Notes under the pieces: generated by a model
The model's database searches: none
Told to the model about the DNA's origin: nothing
What the model saw: only the letters and a program-made list of their open reading frames with translations
Shown here: one piece after another, positions 46,761-55,337 of the stretch
How the letters are laid out: each line of letters opens with the position of its first letter
Position numbering within the stretch: the first letter of the stretch is position 1
Assembly (NCBI GenBank): GCA_035546035.1
Contig: DASZXC010000008.1
Span: 123,951 to 187,950 of the forward strand
Reading direction: 5' to 3'
Length of the DNA: 64,000 nt
Source: Minisyncoccota bacterium
GTDB lineage: Bacteria; Patescibacteriota; Minisyncoccia; Phycocordibacterales; UBA6065
Translations under genes and position numbers: made by a program

Positions 46761-46799
46761 ATAGCCCCGTTCCGGTTTACCGGAACGGGGCTATTTTTT
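46761..46799 (+). terminator. Intrinsic terminator
   Basis: 16-bp arms ATAGCCCCGTTCCGGT/ACCGGAACGGGGCTAT plus T-tract. Confidence 0.85.
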
Positions 46800-46818
46800 C
46801 GCGTGCTATACTTTTTCT

Positions 46819-47211
46819 ATGTTCTGGAACCGATTCCTCTTTCCGATGCTCGCCGCGCTGGTCGCCGTTGCCGGCCTGAACTGGATAGGCGGGGCCGAAG
46901 GCTATTATTTTACGACCGCATGGTACGATTGGCCCGTACATTTTTTGGGCGGCGTCTGGTCCGGGCTCTTTCTGCTCTGGATATTCAATCTCCCGCATAT
47001 GGGTCGCTTCAAGCGGTTCGCTTCGCTCGAAGCCGTATTGGGCCTCGTATTCCTCATCGGCCTCGCATGGGAGGGATATGAGCTTTTCTTCGGCCTGACG
47101 AGCCTCTACAAAGCGGGATACGGCTTCGATACGTTCCATGACCTCGTGAACGACGTTCTCGGCGCGGCCGCGGCGTTCTGCCTTACCCGCCGAACTATCG
47201 CTCGCGCATAA
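46819..47211 (+). CDS. Small multi-pass membrane protein (VanZ/DUF2238-like motifs)
   Basis: WYD..VHFLGG, WEGYE, DTFHDLVNDVLGA. Confidence 0.75.
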   Translation: MFWNRFLFPMLAALVAVAGLNWIGGAEGYYFTTAWYDWPVHFLGGVWSGLFLLWIFNLPHMGRFKRFASLEAVLGLVFLIGLAWEGYELFFGLTSLYKAGYGFDTFHDLVNDVLGAAAAFCLTRRTIARA

Positions 47212-48590
47212 TGAAAGGATTCACGCTCACAGCATGTGCGGCGGTGGGGAATGCCACAGGGGCGAACTTCCTCGTAGAGACCCCGGAGACGTCGTTCCTC
47301 GTCGACTGCGGCCTGGTCCAGGGATCGCAGTTCGCTCAAGATGAAAATCGAGAACCCTTTCCTTTCGATATTCCCAAGGTATCGTTCCTCCTCGTGACCC
47401 ATGCGCATATGGATCATGTCGGCAGGATACCGAAGCTGGTCCGCGAAGGATTCAGCGGGACCATATATTCGACGCCGGAAACGAAAGAGCTTGCCGCGCT
47501 CATGCTCGACGACGCGGTAGGGCTCTTGGACAGGGAAGCGAAAGAAAAGAAGATCGCGCCTCTGTACGAGCGCTCCGATATCGCCCGCGCCATGGGCCTC
47601 TGGAAGGCGATCGAATACCATGCGCAGACGGACATAACGCCGGATATCTCTGCGCTCTTCAAGGACGCCGGGCACGTCCTCGGCTCCTCTATCATCGAAG
47701 TGACGCTCCGCAATGCCGCCGGCGACAAGGGCGTTACGATCGCGTTCACAGGCGACCTCGGCAATTCGCCGACGCCGCTCCTGCGCGACACGGAATATGT
47801 CACGAACGCCGATTACTTGGTCATGGAATCGGTCTACGGCGACAGGAACCACGAGCCGAAGGATGTCCGCGACCAAAGGCTCAAAGACATACTCGGCGCA
47901 GGCCTCCGGCGCGGCGGGACGGTGGTCATTCCCGCGTTCTCGCTGGAGCGGACGCAGGTCATTCTGTACGAGATCAATAACCTGATCGAATCAGGAGCTA
48001 TTCCGCGCGCTCCGGTATATCTTGATTCTCCTTTGGCCATAAAAGTGACGGACGTATACCGCAGGCATACGGCGGATTTCAATAAGAAGATACAGGGCGC
48101 TATCGAAGGAGGCGACGATATATTCGATTTTCCCGGCCTGCGCATCATCGGGAATCCGCAGGAATCCGCGGCGATCCACGGTATGAAAGGGGCCAAGATC
48201 GTCATCGCCGGTTCCGGTATGTCGGTCGGCGGCCGCGTCCTGTCGCATGAAGCGTTCTATCTTGGAGACCCGGACGCTACGATACTGCTCGTCGGCTATC
48301 AGGTGCCGGGCAGCCTCGGCAGGAAGATAGAGGAGCGCGCGTCGAAGCTCGTCATCAATGGCCAGCCGGTGCGCGTGCGCGCTCGTATAGAGAAGATCAG
48401 TGGCTATTCTTCGCACAAAGATTCGAACGGCATGGTCGAATTCGTGTCGCATGCGTTGCCGAGATTGAAGAGGGCGTTCATCGCCATGGGAGAGACTAAA
48501 TCTTCCGCCTTCCTGGCCCAGCGCCTTCGCGATGAGATCGGGGCGAATGCGATAGTGGCGGAGAAGAATAAGTCGTACGAACTAAAATAA
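47211..48590 (+). CDS. Metallo-beta-lactamase/beta-CASP RNA-processing nuclease
   Basis: VDCGLVQG, THAHMDHVGR, AGHVLGS, FTGDLG, MESVYG, PAFSLERTQ, YSSHKD. Confidence 0.9.
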   Translation: MKGFTLTACAAVGNATGANFLVETPETSFLVDCGLVQGSQFAQDENREPFPFDIPKVSFLLVTHAHMDHVGRIPKLVREGFSGTIYSTPETKELAALMLDDAVGLLDREAKEKKIAPLYERSDIARAMGLWKAIEYHAQTDITPDISALFKDAGHVLGSSIIEVTLRNAAGDKGVTIAFTGDLGNSPTPLLRDTEYVTNADYLVMESVYGDRNHEPKDVRDQRLKDILGAGLRRGGTVVIPAFSLERTQVILYEINNLIESGAIPRAPVYLDSPLAIKVTDVYRRHTADFNKKIQGAIEGGDDIFDFPGLRIIGNPQESAAIHGMKGAKIVIAGSGMSVGGRVLSHEAFYLGDPDATILLVGYQVPGSLGRKIEERASKLVINGQPVRVRARIEKISGYSSHKDSNGMVEFVSHALPRLKRAFIAMGETKSSAFLAQRLRDEIGANAIVAEKNKSYELK

Positions 48591-48655
48591 ACTCCGAACG
48601 CATATAAAAACCACCCCAGGGCTTGGCGGGGTGGTTTTTATATGCGTTCGGAGTT
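48590..48655. repeat. Long perfect inverted repeat (28-bp arms, 10-nt loop), bidirectional terminator-like, copy 2
   Basis: AACTCCGAACGCATATAAAAACCACCCC-AGGGCTTGGC-reverse complement; core shared with 31844-31911. Confidence 0.9.
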
Positions 48656-48998
48656 ACTTTACCTTCGCAACGATCCTGTCGAACGTCTCCGGGTTGTTGT
48701 GAGCGAGGTCGGCGAGGATCTTGCGGTCGATCTGGATGTTCGCCTTCTTCATGGCGCCCATGAATTTCGAGTAGGAGAGGCTCTTTGCGTCGAGAGCCGC
48801 GTTGATCTTGATTATATTGAGGGAGCGGCGGTCAGATTTCTTGTCGCGGCGATGGGCGAACGCGTATGCGCCCGCGTGCGAGATAGCCTCGTATGCCGCG
48901 CGCTCGTTCGTAGAACGGCGGAAGCGATAGCCCTTTACCTGCTTGAGGACGTTGCGGCGGGTCTTAAGCGCATTTACTCCTTTTTTGACGCGTGCCAT
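48654..48998 (-). CDS. rplT: 50S ribosomal protein L20
   Basis: MARVKKG, HRRDKK, INAA, YSKF, DRKILADLA. Confidence 0.96.
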   Translation of the reverse strand: MARVKKGVNALKTRRNVLKQVKGYRFRRSTNERAAYEAISHAGAYAFAHRRDKKSDRRSLNIIKINAALDAKSLSYSKFMGAMKKANIQIDRKILADLAHNNPETFDRIVAKVK

Positions 48999-49025
48999 GG
49001 GTGTTTAAGTTAAAGATATCGAGAA

Positions 49026-49214
49026 TTATCGGATGCCGGCGAGAAAGCGCGCCTTTTCCTTGTGGGTCATGTGAAATTCGACGGTCGAGCCCTTCTTGAT
49101 CTGCGATCGGCCCGATTCCTTGGCGTTGAAGTGGTTCTGGCCGGCGCGGCGCACGAGAACCTTGCCGTTCCTCGTCACTTTGAGCCTCTTCGCGAATGAC
49201 TTGTTCGTTTTCAT
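49026..49214 (-). CDS. rpmI: 50S ribosomal protein L35
   Basis: MKTNKSFAKRLKVT..GK, HFNAK; between infC and rplT. Confidence 0.93.
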   Translation of the reverse strand: MKTNKSFAKRLKVTRNGKVLVRRAGQNHFNAKESGRSQIKKGSTVEFHMTHKEKARFLAGIR

Positions 49215-49278
49215 GAGATAAAAATAGCCCGAATGGGCGATAGGGCTATATTAGCGCATTTCCCGGATTTGTCCAGCG

Positions 49279-49791
49279 TTAGGCCCTTTCGATGATGGTC
49301 GTAAGACCTTTCGGGCTTTTCGTGGGCTTTTCGGCTAGCTTATGAGGCTCGGTCACGAGAGTGAGGATGCGCTTGAGGCGCTCTTCGAGGAATTTCGGAT
49401 CCATGTATTTAGACCTGCCCGGAAGGAAGAGGTCGAGCTTGATCCTGTGGCCTTCTTTGAGCCATTCGGACGCTTTCTTGGCCTTGAGCTCCAGATCGTG
49501 CTCGCCGGTCCCTATCTTGACCTGTAACGACTTTATCTCGATGACATGGGCCTTTGCTTTCTGAGCTTTTTGCTTCTTGTTCTCTTCGTACGAGAATTTG
49601 CCGTAGTCGGTGATCTTGGCTACAGGCGGGACGGCGTTAGGGGAGATCTCGATGAGGTCGAGTCCGGCGCCGTGCGCCTTTTGGAGCGCTTCGGAGAGGG
49701 AAATGACGCCATAGTTCTCGCCCTCGGGGCCGATGACGCGCAATTCCAGCGCTTTTATCTGGTGATTTATTCGAGTCCTGTCTTTGCTCAT
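49279..49791 (-). CDS. infC: Translation initiation factor IF-3
   Basis: RINHQI, LDLIEISPNAVPPVAKITDYGKF, HDLELK. Confidence 0.95.
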   Translation of the reverse strand: MSKDRTRINHQIKALELRVIGPEGENYGVISLSEALQKAHGAGLDLIEISPNAVPPVAKITDYGKFSYEENKKQKAQKAKAHVIEIKSLQVKIGTGEHDLELKAKKASEWLKEGHRIKLDLFLPGRSKYMDPKFLEERLKRILTLVTEPHKLAEKPTKSPKGLTTIIERA

Positions 49792-49830
49792 GAGACCCTA
49801 TAAAAGCATATTTAGGCATATAATGGAAGC

Positions 49831-50544
49831 ATGTTCGATGTATCCATTCCGGTCGCGTTCCTCGCGGGGCTTGTCTCGTTCGCGTCTCCGTGCGTCCTGC
49901 CGATCATTCCCGGCTTCCTCGCATACATAGCGGGTTCGGCCGCGTCATCAGAAGCGTCCCGGACGAACTCTCGCGACGTATTCCTCGCGAGCGTCTTCTT
50001 CGTGCTCGGATTTTCGGTCGTGTTCGCGCTTCTCGGCATACTTCTGAATACCGTCCTCGCCGATGCGGCGTACGGCGTTCAGACCTGGCTCGCGCGGATC
50101 GGCGGTTCGATCATCATCGTCTTCGGCCTCTATCTGGCGGGCCTTCTCGATATCCCGTGGCTTTCCCGCGCGCACACGATGAAGGTATCGGCGAAGAAGC
50201 ACTCGCGTAACGTCACGTCGTTCCTGTTCGGCTTCGCTTTCGCGGCGGGGTGGACGCCGTGCGTCGGCGCGATACTCGGGGCCATCATCGCCCTGGCCGC
50301 GTCGCACCCAGGGTCAGCGTTCTTTCTTTTGCTCTCGTATTCGATGGGGCTCGGCGCGCCGTTCCTCGCCGTGGGGCTTTTCGCGGGCAAGGCTTCGGCA
50401 TTCATCGAACGCTATGCGCGGACGTTCGCCCTTATCTCCAAGATATTCGGCGGCGTGCTCGTCGTCCTCGGCATATTCGTATTTACCCAAGAGCTTTCGC
50501 GCGTCGCTGATTTCGATTTCGTCAATAATATTTTGATCAAATGA
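49831..50544 (+). CDS. ccdA: CcdA/DsbD-like transmembrane disulfide transporter
   Basis: SFASPCVLPIIP, GWTPCVGAILG. Confidence 0.9.
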   Translation: MFDVSIPVAFLAGLVSFASPCVLPIIPGFLAYIAGSAASSEASRTNSRDVFLASVFFVLGFSVVFALLGILLNTVLADAAYGVQTWLARIGGSIIIVFGLYLAGLLDIPWLSRAHTMKVSAKKHSRNVTSFLFGFAFAAGWTPCVGAILGAIIALAASHPGSAFFLLLSYSMGLGAPFLAVGLFAGKASAFIERYARTFALISKIFGGVLVVLGIFVFTQELSRVADFDFVNNILIK

Positions 50545-51674
50545 TGAGGAACAAGCAGATCGTCGGTCTCGTGGTCGCGATAGTCGTTATCGTGGTCAGC
50601 ATCATGTATCTCCAAATGGGCAAAGCGAAGCCGGTCATCTCTGGCGCGCCTGCAGCGGAGGTGACGGCCGCCGAGGCGTCTCCATCTCTGATGCCGGCCG
50701 ATTCTGCGGCGCGCATCGCGGCGAAGAGCGCCATGTATGAAAAGGCCAAAGAGATCGCCGCTCCGTCCGGGTTCGTGAATACGGACGGCCAGCCGATCAC
50801 GATATCGCAATACGTGGGCAAGAAGGTCGTCCTTCTCGACATCATGACCTACAGTTGCATCAACTGCATACGCACGTTCCCGTATCTCGTCGATTGGTAT
50901 AAAAAATATGAAGACAAGGGCCTCGTCATCATCGGCATACACACGCCGGAATTCGATTTCGAGAAGAACATAGATAATGTGACCGCGGCGATGAAGAAAT
51001 ACGGCATCACGTTCCCGGTCGTGCTCGATAACGACTATGGAACATGGTCGGCATACAAGAATCTCTATTGGCCGAGAAAGTATCTCATCGACATAGACGG
51101 ATTCATCCGCTATGACCATATCGGTGAAGGGGGCTATGGAGAGACCGAGGAAAAGATACAGGATCTGTTGAAGGAGCGCGCCGACGTTTTGGGCTTGGGC
51201 GCCGCCGTGTCATCGTCGATCGACATGCCGACGATGCCGGAAGCGGTGAGCCAGGCTCCGGAGTCGTTGGATCAGAGCAGGGAGACGTATTTTGGTTCTG
51301 CGAGGAACGAATTTTTCGGCAATGGCGCTCCGGGCCGGACGACAGGCGGCATGTTCACGATACCTGACAAACCGACGCTCAACCGGTTCTATCTTGGCGG
51401 CGAATGGAGCATCCTTCCTGACCATGCCGAAAACACCGCGGTGCCGGCAAAGATCGTCTACCCGTTCGTGGCGCGCAAGGTGTTCTTTGTCGCGTCGGCC
51501 GATTCCCCGGTCGCCGTAAACGTCTCCGTAGACGGAAAGGCCCTTGCTCCGATCACGGTCCATGAAGCGCGCCTCTATGACGTGTATGCGACCGACGCTC
51601 TGGGCCAGCATACGCTCGAGCTCTCCCCGCAGGGGAAGGGGCTCCAAGCGTTCACATTGACGTTCGGGAACTAA
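50541..51674 (+). CDS. Membrane-anchored thioredoxin-like redoxin with DipZ-type C-terminal domain
   Basis: TYSCINC.RT, GIHTPEF.FEK, NLYWPRKYLID, HIGEG.Y, FTLTFG. Confidence 0.88.
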   Translation: MMRNKQIVGLVVAIVVIVVSIMYLQMGKAKPVISGAPAAEVTAAEASPSLMPADSAARIAAKSAMYEKAKEIAAPSGFVNTDGQPITISQYVGKKVVLLDIMTYSCINCIRTFPYLVDWYKKYEDKGLVIIGIHTPEFDFEKNIDNVTAAMKKYGITFPVVLDNDYGTWSAYKNLYWPRKYLIDIDGFIRYDHIGEGGYGETEEKIQDLLKERADVLGLGAAVSSSIDMPTMPEAVSQAPESLDQSRETYFGSARNEFFGNGAPGRTTGGMFTIPDKPTLNRFYLGGEWSILPDHAENTAVPAKIVYPFVARKVFFVASADSPVAVNVSVDGKALAPITVHEARLYDVYATDALGQHTLELSPQGKGLQAFTLTFGN

Positions 51675-52825
51675 TGCCGATGGCCGGCGTGCTCGATGAC
51701 GCGCATCTCTTCTTCTATCTTTTTATCATCGTCGGCGGGGGAAGGATTCTTTACGAGCATGAATACGGCGATCACGGTTGTCACCGGGACGGCGAGAATG
51801 AGCCCTATGGATCCCACGAGGGAGCGGACGATCTCGGTCGCGAACGTCTCTCGGTTCAATATGAGCCCGATCGATTCGCCTGAAGCCGAATAGAAGAGGA
51901 GGAGCAGGGGAAGCGACGCGCCGACATATGCGATGGCGAGCGTGTTCACGAGCGCGCCGATATGCTCGCGGCCTATGCGTATCGCCCGGCTGTATATAGT
52001 CCTGCGCGAGACGTGAGGGGCGATGCGGTGGAGCTCTTCGACCGATATGGCCTGGCCGATAGCGGCGTCGTACATGACGCCGAGCAGGCCGATGAGGATT
52101 CCGCCTAAAAGTATGCCCGCCAGATCGAGCGTGCCGCGGAAATTGAAATTGAGGTACGTCGCTTCTTCGTCCCCGAAACCGGCCAGCCGCGCGTAGCCGA
52201 TCGCAAAATGGGCGAAGATCCCGACGATGAGAACGGTGACGACCATGCCGATGACCGCCGACGTCGTGGTCTTATTGAATCCGTGCGTTATATACGAGCC
52301 GAGGACGATGATGACCGATGAGACGACGATCGAAAGCAGGATAGGGGAATAGCCCTGGATGATTCCGGGGATGAGGGCGAAAACGATGAATGCGAGACTG
52401 CCGATGAGAGATGCGATGCCCCGCGCGCCCTGTTTTCCGCCGAATATGACGACGAGAATGACGAATATGATCGCGAGCATGCCGAGCTGGGGCAGGCGAT
52501 CGGGTTCCGAGACGATGAATGTCTCGGTGCCGCCGTCCCACGGCACGAGGTGCGCCGCATAGAACGTCTCGCCTTCCTCGAGGCGGATGAGATCGTTTTT
52601 GATCGTCACGGTCTTGCCTTCGGCGAGGCCGGTAAGGATCTTCGCTTCGATATTCTGGATCAGATGAGGGGTATCAGTGCCCGGAATCATCTCCGTATTC
52701 GAATCTATGATGTGAACCACCTGGGCTCTCACGATCTCTTGCTTGTCCTGCATGACCTCCTGGCCATGCGCGCTGTTCGCGGCAAAAGCGAGGATGGAAA
52801 TAAGGATAAAGAGTATTCTTTTCAT
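51671..52825 (-). CDS. YibE/F family membrane protein
   Basis: GLLGVMYD, IRIGREHIGALVNTLAIAYVGASLP, EIVRSLVGSIG. Confidence 0.88.
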   Translation of the reverse strand: MKRILFILISILAFAANSAHGQEVMQDKQEIVRAQVVHIIDSNTEMIPGTDTPHLIQNIEAKILTGLAEGKTVTIKNDLIRLEEGETFYAAHLVPWDGGTETFIVSEPDRLPQLGMLAIIFVILVVIFGGKQGARGIASLIGSLAFIVFALIPGIIQGYSPILLSIVVSSVIIVLGSYITHGFNKTTTSAVIGMVVTVLIVGIFAHFAIGYARLAGFGDEEATYLNFNFRGTLDLAGILLGGILIGLLGVMYDAAIGQAISVEELHRIAPHVSRRTIYSRAIRIGREHIGALVNTLAIAYVGASLPLLLLFYSASGESIGLILNRETFATEIVRSLVGSIGLILAVPVTTVIAVFMLVKNPSPADDDKKIEEEMRVIEHAGHRH

Positions 52826-52835
52826 GCCGCGCTCA

Positions 52836-53297
52836 TTATACAGCGCATCGTTTGCATATGCCGAAGAATTCGAGGGTATGGTCGGTGATCTCCGCGAAGC
52901 GCTTCATGGCGAGCGAGTTTGCCGAAGGCATCGGCGCGCAGGCGTCCACCGATTCCATGGCGCCGCATGCCGTGCAGGTGATGTGATGATGATGCGGTCG
53001 GCCGATATTGGTCTCATAGAGTGCTTCGGTGCTGCCGATGTCTATCTTGCGGACGAGCTTTGCTTTCAGGAGAGTCTCCAGGGTGCGGTAGAGAGTTGCG
53101 GTGTCGTGTTTTTGCACGGATCGACGGAGCTCTTTTATCGAAACAGGGCGATCGAAATGCGAGAGGGCGGTCAAGATGTGGATCCTGGCTTTAGTCACTT
53201 TGCGCTTCGCGGTATATATATGGGTGCCGAGGGCGATCTCTTCGCTCGTATATTTTTCTAGGATGTCTTTTTTGTTCGACGGTCGGCGATTGTGCAT
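52836..53297 (-). CDS. Fur-family metalloregulator (Zur-like)
   Basis: TKARIHIL, ATLYRTL, HHHHITCTACG, HTLEFFGICKRC; ATG at 53297. Confidence 0.88.
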   Translation of the reverse strand: MHNRRPSNKKDILEKYTSEEIALGTHIYTAKRKVTKARIHILTALSHFDRPVSIKELRRSVQKHDTATLYRTLETLLKAKLVRKIDIGSTEALYETNIGRPHHHHITCTACGAMESVDACAPMPSANSLAMKRFAEITDHTLEFFGICKRCAV

Positions 53298-53350
53298 AAA
53301 ACCATGATATTCTAGTTGCAAATGATTTGCAACTAGAATATCATGGTTTT
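53298..53350. promoter_or_regulatory. Perfect 26-1-26 palindrome: operator plus mirrored promoters
   Basis: AAAACCATGATATTCTAGTTGCAAAT-G-ATTTGCAACTAGAATATCATGGTTTT between divergent Fur-family and ZIP genes. Confidence 0.85.
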
Positions 53351-53410
53351 CGAGACGATATCTCGCCTCAAGTCCTCGATTTTATCTATCTAATATTTGC
53401 TCGTCCTATC

Positions 53411-54136
53411 ATGATCATCCTGATTGCCCTCGGCGCATTAGCGGCTACGTTCTTCGGCGGTCTCTTCGCTCTCAGATGGAGCGACAAGCTCCATCTGATC
53501 CTCGGCTTTTCCGCGGGCGCTCTTATCGGCGTCGCATTGTTCGACCTCATGCCGGAGGCATTAGAGCTCGGCGGGGGATATTGGAACCTCGACATGCTCA
53601 TGCTCGCCCTAGCGGGGGGATTCACCGCGTATCTTCTCCTTGATCGGATGTTCCTTATGCACTGCCATGAAGAGGACCATGACCATCGCTCTCATCACGC
53701 GCATCGCGGACGATTCGGCGCGGGAAGCCTCTCGTTCCATAGCTTCCTCGACGGCGCGGCGATAGGCGTCGCCTTCCACGTATCGCCGGTCATCGGTGCG
53801 GTCGTCGCGGCGGCGGTCTTGGCCCATGATTTCTCCGACGGTATCAATACGGTGAGCATGATCCTCCGACACGGCGGGGAAAAGAGGCAGGCGTTCCGCT
53901 GGCTCGTCGTGGACGCGGTCGCGCCGGTCGTCGGCATCGCCTCGACCTATTTCTTCTCGATATCGGAATCAGCGCTCTCGCTCGTCCTCATGGTGTTCTG
54001 CGGATTCTTTATATATATAGGCGCGAGCGACCTCCTGCCGGAAAGCCATCATAAGCACCCGACCCGCTGGACGACCATCACGACCATCATAGGCATGGCG
54101 GTCATATATATGGTGGTGCATATCGCAGGGGTTTAG
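53411..54136 (+). CDS. ZIP family metal transporter
   Basis: GFSAG, DLMPEA, His-rich loop, HSFLDG, AHDFSDG, SDLLPE. Confidence 0.9.
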   Translation: MIILIALGALAATFFGGLFALRWSDKLHLILGFSAGALIGVALFDLMPEALELGGGYWNLDMLMLALAGGFTAYLLLDRMFLMHCHEEDHDHRSHHAHRGRFGAGSLSFHSFLDGAAIGVAFHVSPVIGAVVAAAVLAHDFSDGINTVSMILRHGGEKRQAFRWLVVDAVAPVVGIASTYFFSISESALSLVLMVFCGFFIYIGASDLLPESHHKHPTRWTTITTIIGMAVIYMVVHIAGV

Positions 54137-54151
54137 GTATACTAGACCCCT

Positions 54152-54385
54152 ATGAAAAGGACATTGAAGAAGATGAAGGACCACCGCGCGGCGTTCGGCG
54201 TCTGTTCCGGGATCGCCTATTGGATCGGCGCTCCTGTGTGGCTCGTACGATTCGCATGGGTATGTTCGGTGCTCTTCTGGGGCACGGGCTGCGCGCTCTA
54301 TCTCATCCTCGCCGTATTCATGCCGACGTGGGAGAAAGACCCTGCTGATTTCGACCAGGTAACGGGACATAAAGACGCTGCCTAA
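54152..54385 (+). CDS. PspC domain protein
   Basis: GVCSGIAYW....WLVR...LYLILAVFMP. Confidence 0.85.
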   Translation: MKRTLKKMKDHRAAFGVCSGIAYWIGAPVWLVRFAWVCSVLFWGTGCALYLILAVFMPTWEKDPADFDQVTGHKDAA

Positions 54386-54387
54386 GC

Positions 54388-54414
54388 AAAAAGCTCCCTC
54401 GAGGGAGCTTTTTT
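54388..54414. terminator. Bidirectional terminator (PspC gene/tmRNA)
   Basis: AAAAAGCTCCCT-CG-AGGGAGCTTTTT. Confidence 0.85.
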
Positions 54415-54419
54415 ATTTG

Positions 54420-54818
54420 TGGAGATGCCGAGAGTCGAACTCGGGTGCAGAAAGATGTTCCAGTTGCTTCTACGCGACCTAGCGGTCTTTTGCCAGTGAG
54501 GCTTTAAGCGGGCGCACTATAAAGATTCGCGAAACGTGCGGACGCCGATCTTCGCGGGCCGAAGCCCTTCGATAAGGAGCGAAGAGTCTCCGTATCTATC
54601 CTGGATCTATAACACCGGGTCCTGCCGCGCCAGGAATGCGAGCGGGCCGATGTCGTTTAGGCGGGGCTTATTAAGCAGCCGCGTAAGCGAATGAAAACGT
54701 GTTCGTCGCGAAAGGCGATTTTACAGATTTTGCATTTGATGGGCGGAAAGTTTAGAGAGGTATCCTGCTCTATCGCGCGCAAAGGGAAGCTGTCCCTCTG
54801 TCTATGCCTGTCATCCCC
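54420..54818 (-). ncRNA. ssrA: tmRNA (one-piece)
   Basis: 5' GGGGAUG pairs with 3' CAUCUCC-A; T-arm CCGAG-UUCGACU-CUCGG; tag frame 54733-54668 reads AKSVKSPFATNTFSFAYAAA then two stops; abuts smpB. Confidence 0.93.
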
Positions 54819-54819
54819 A

Positions 54820-55266
54820 TTATTCTTGTCCTTTCAATGTTCTCCTGATGTCCCGGTCGGTCTCGCGCTTTTGGATCGAAGCCCGTTTGTCGAACTTCTT
54901 CTTGCCGCGGACGACTGCAATAGCTACCTTGAGCTTTGTTCCTTTATTATACACCCGAATTGGCACTATTGTCAAGCCCTTCTTGGCTTCCATATCAGCC
55001 AATTGGCGTATTTCGGCCTTGGTCATGATCAGTCGGCGCATGCGCATCGGGTCATAATCTGCCGGAGTGTTCGTCGGCTGATAGGGAGCGATTGACATCT
55101 GCAGTATATACGCCTCTCCGCCGCGTATAGTTACATAGGCGCCGTCGAGCACGGCGCCGTGCGTGCGCAAGGACTTCGCTTCGAGGCCGAGCAATTCGAT
55201 GCCGGCCTCGTATTCATCGAGGATCTCGTAGTCGAAGAAGGCTTTTTTGTTTTCCGCGAGGGCCAT
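54820..55266 (-). CDS. smpB: SsrA-binding protein
   Basis: NKKAFFDY, EAGIEL.G.E.KSLR, GLTIVP, GKKKFDKR. Confidence 0.96.
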   Translation of the reverse strand: MALAENKKAFFDYEILDEYEAGIELLGLEAKSLRTHGAVLDGAYVTIRGGEAYILQMSIAPYQPTNTPADYDPMRMRRLIMTKAEIRQLADMEAKKGLTIVPIRVYNKGTKLKVAIAVVRGKKKFDKRASIQKRETDRDIRRTLKGQE

Positions 55267-55337
55267 GCGTTCATGCTATCACACATCGCAAATCATCTGC
55301 TCGCCGTTTCGGTTTTTCTGTTATAGACTGGCCCCAT

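Noticed and set aside
53298-53410. Identical N-termini MQLEYHGF on the Fur-family and ZIP ORFs
   Set aside because: An artefact of TTG starts inside the palindrome; the likely starts are 53297 and 53411
54420-54818. Permuted two-piece tmRNA, or a tRNA at 54420
   Set aside because: The 5' acceptor half, tag frame and 3' T-arm occur in the standard order on the minus strand
54691-55095. 134-aa plus-strand ORF
   Set aside because: Antisense to tmRNA and smpB
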